DNA of 32,511 nt from a virus. The translations under genes were made by a program, and so were the position numbers. The notes below the pieces were generated by a model that was not told the DNA's origin, did no database searches, and saw only the letters and a program-made list of their open reading frames with translations. The DNA is taken from the IMG/VR virus record IMGVR_UViG_3300025632_000008; one strand, 5' to 3'. Shown here piece by piece: positions 31,906 through 32,511 of this stretch. The first letter of the stretch is position 1, and every line of letters begins with the position of its first letter.

Positions 31906-32369
31906 TTGATCCTATCTCAGCCCTTTCCATCGCAGCATCCGCTGTATCAAGCGCTAAGACTTTACTGGCTGCTGGCCGGGATGCGTCAGGCGCATTGAGC
32001 AAGTTTGCTGGAGCGGTGAGTGACGTGAATTACGCGGCCGAGAAGGCCAAGAACCCGAGCGTCTTTGCATCATTGACTGGCTCTGCTGAACAAGCTGCAA
32101 TAGATGCTTTCTCTGCGCAAAAGCGTATGCAGGCTATGAAGAAAGAGATTGAAACAATCATCATGTTTCAGCACGGCCCGAAAGGTTTAGAAGAATACAA
32201 GGACACTCTCCGCAAGATCAGGGCGCAGCGCAAGAAGACTGCGTACCGCAAAGCTGAGATCAAGGAGGCTTTGATAATGTGGGTTGTCGGCGGGATTATT
32301 GTTTTGGCTGGGGTCGCTGGATTGGCGGCTACACTTTGGCTCATCGGTAAGCAACAAGGCAAATGGTAG
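31902..32369 (+). CDS. Hypothetical C-terminally membrane-anchored protein, 155 aa
   Basis: A-rich helical N-terminal part, basic stretch, and C-terminal TM IMWVVGGIIVLAGVAGLAATLWLIG. Confidence 0.55.
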   Translation: MIDPISALSIAASAVSSAKTLLAAGRDASGALSKFAGAVSDVNYAAEKAKNPSVFASLTGSAEQAAIDAFSAQKRMQAMKKEIETIIMFQHGPKGLEEYKDTLRKIRAQRKKTAYRKAEIKEALIMWVVGGIIVLAGVAGLAATLWLIGKQQGKW

Positions 32370-32511
32370 ATGAAGGACGCAGAGATCATACACCTGTTCG
32401 ATCAGAATGTTGAGCTAATCATTGAAGGCTTGGCTGCTCGGTCGGGCCGAGAGTTTCAGGAAGTTCTTTTACTTTTACAGAAAGGTAGGAAACTACATGG
32501 CACACACGGTA
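32370..32511 (+). CDS. Junction-spanning 49-aa ORF (continues to the stop at nt 133-135 of the window start)
   Basis: TAGATG coupling to the upstream gene. Translation is MKDAEIIHLFDQNVELIIEGLAARSGREFQEVLLLLQKGRKLHGTHGIR. It is complete only if the genome is circularised. Confidence 0.4.
   Translation, partial: MKDAEIIHLFDQNVELIIEGLAARSGREFQEVLLLLQKGRKLHGTHG
32385..32511. repeat. Terminal direct repeat, copy 2 (identical to 1..127)
   Basis: See copy 1. Confidence 0.9.

Noticed and set aside
1-32511. Integrated prophage with att sites (end repeats as attL/attR)
   Set aside because: There are no flanking bacterial genes and no integrase. The 127-bp repeat lies inside the lysis gene cluster and restores an ORF on circularisation, so it is a genome-closure overlap.

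Overview
The window is a complete tailed-phage genome of about 32.4 kb. nt 1-127 are repeated exactly at 32385-32511, so the unit length is 32,384 bp. This fits a circular-contig overlap or terminal redundancy, and one small ORF crosses the junction. No tRNA, rRNA, CRISPR array, transposase or integrase was recognised.

Layout:
- A leftward (minus-strand) early block at 1279-7945. It holds a YqaJ-type exonuclease, an ERF annealase, an SSB-like protein ending in DDIPF, a RuvC-like resolvase, a DUF932-like protein, several HTH proteins and many small ORFs. Two intrinsic terminators sit inside it.
- An 811-bp non-coding island at 7946-8756.
- A rightward late block from 8757 through the junction to 1157. 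It runs terS, five small ORFs, terL, then a T7-like structural order: gp8-like portal, scaffold, gp10-like capsid, gp11- and gp12-like tail tube proteins and three internal virion proteins. After that come a gp17-like tail fibre, a duplicated receptor-binding cassette, and a lysis cluster with membrane proteins and an M15 endolysin.

I saw no RNA polymerase, DNA polymerase, primase or helicase by eye.

Most interesting observations:
- The non-coding island has a 20-bp long-range helix, a strongly C-depleted tract and a homopurine G-tract. It could be an origin, a switch or an ncRNA.
- A GTGACG-N3-CGTCAC palindrome recurs next to -35-like hexamers.
- The tail-fibre region carries a tandem duplicated module of tip domain, variable protein and chaperone.
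- The largest internal virion protein has an HExxH zincin-like motif.

All family assignments come from motif recognition by eye and from memory. No database search was run.
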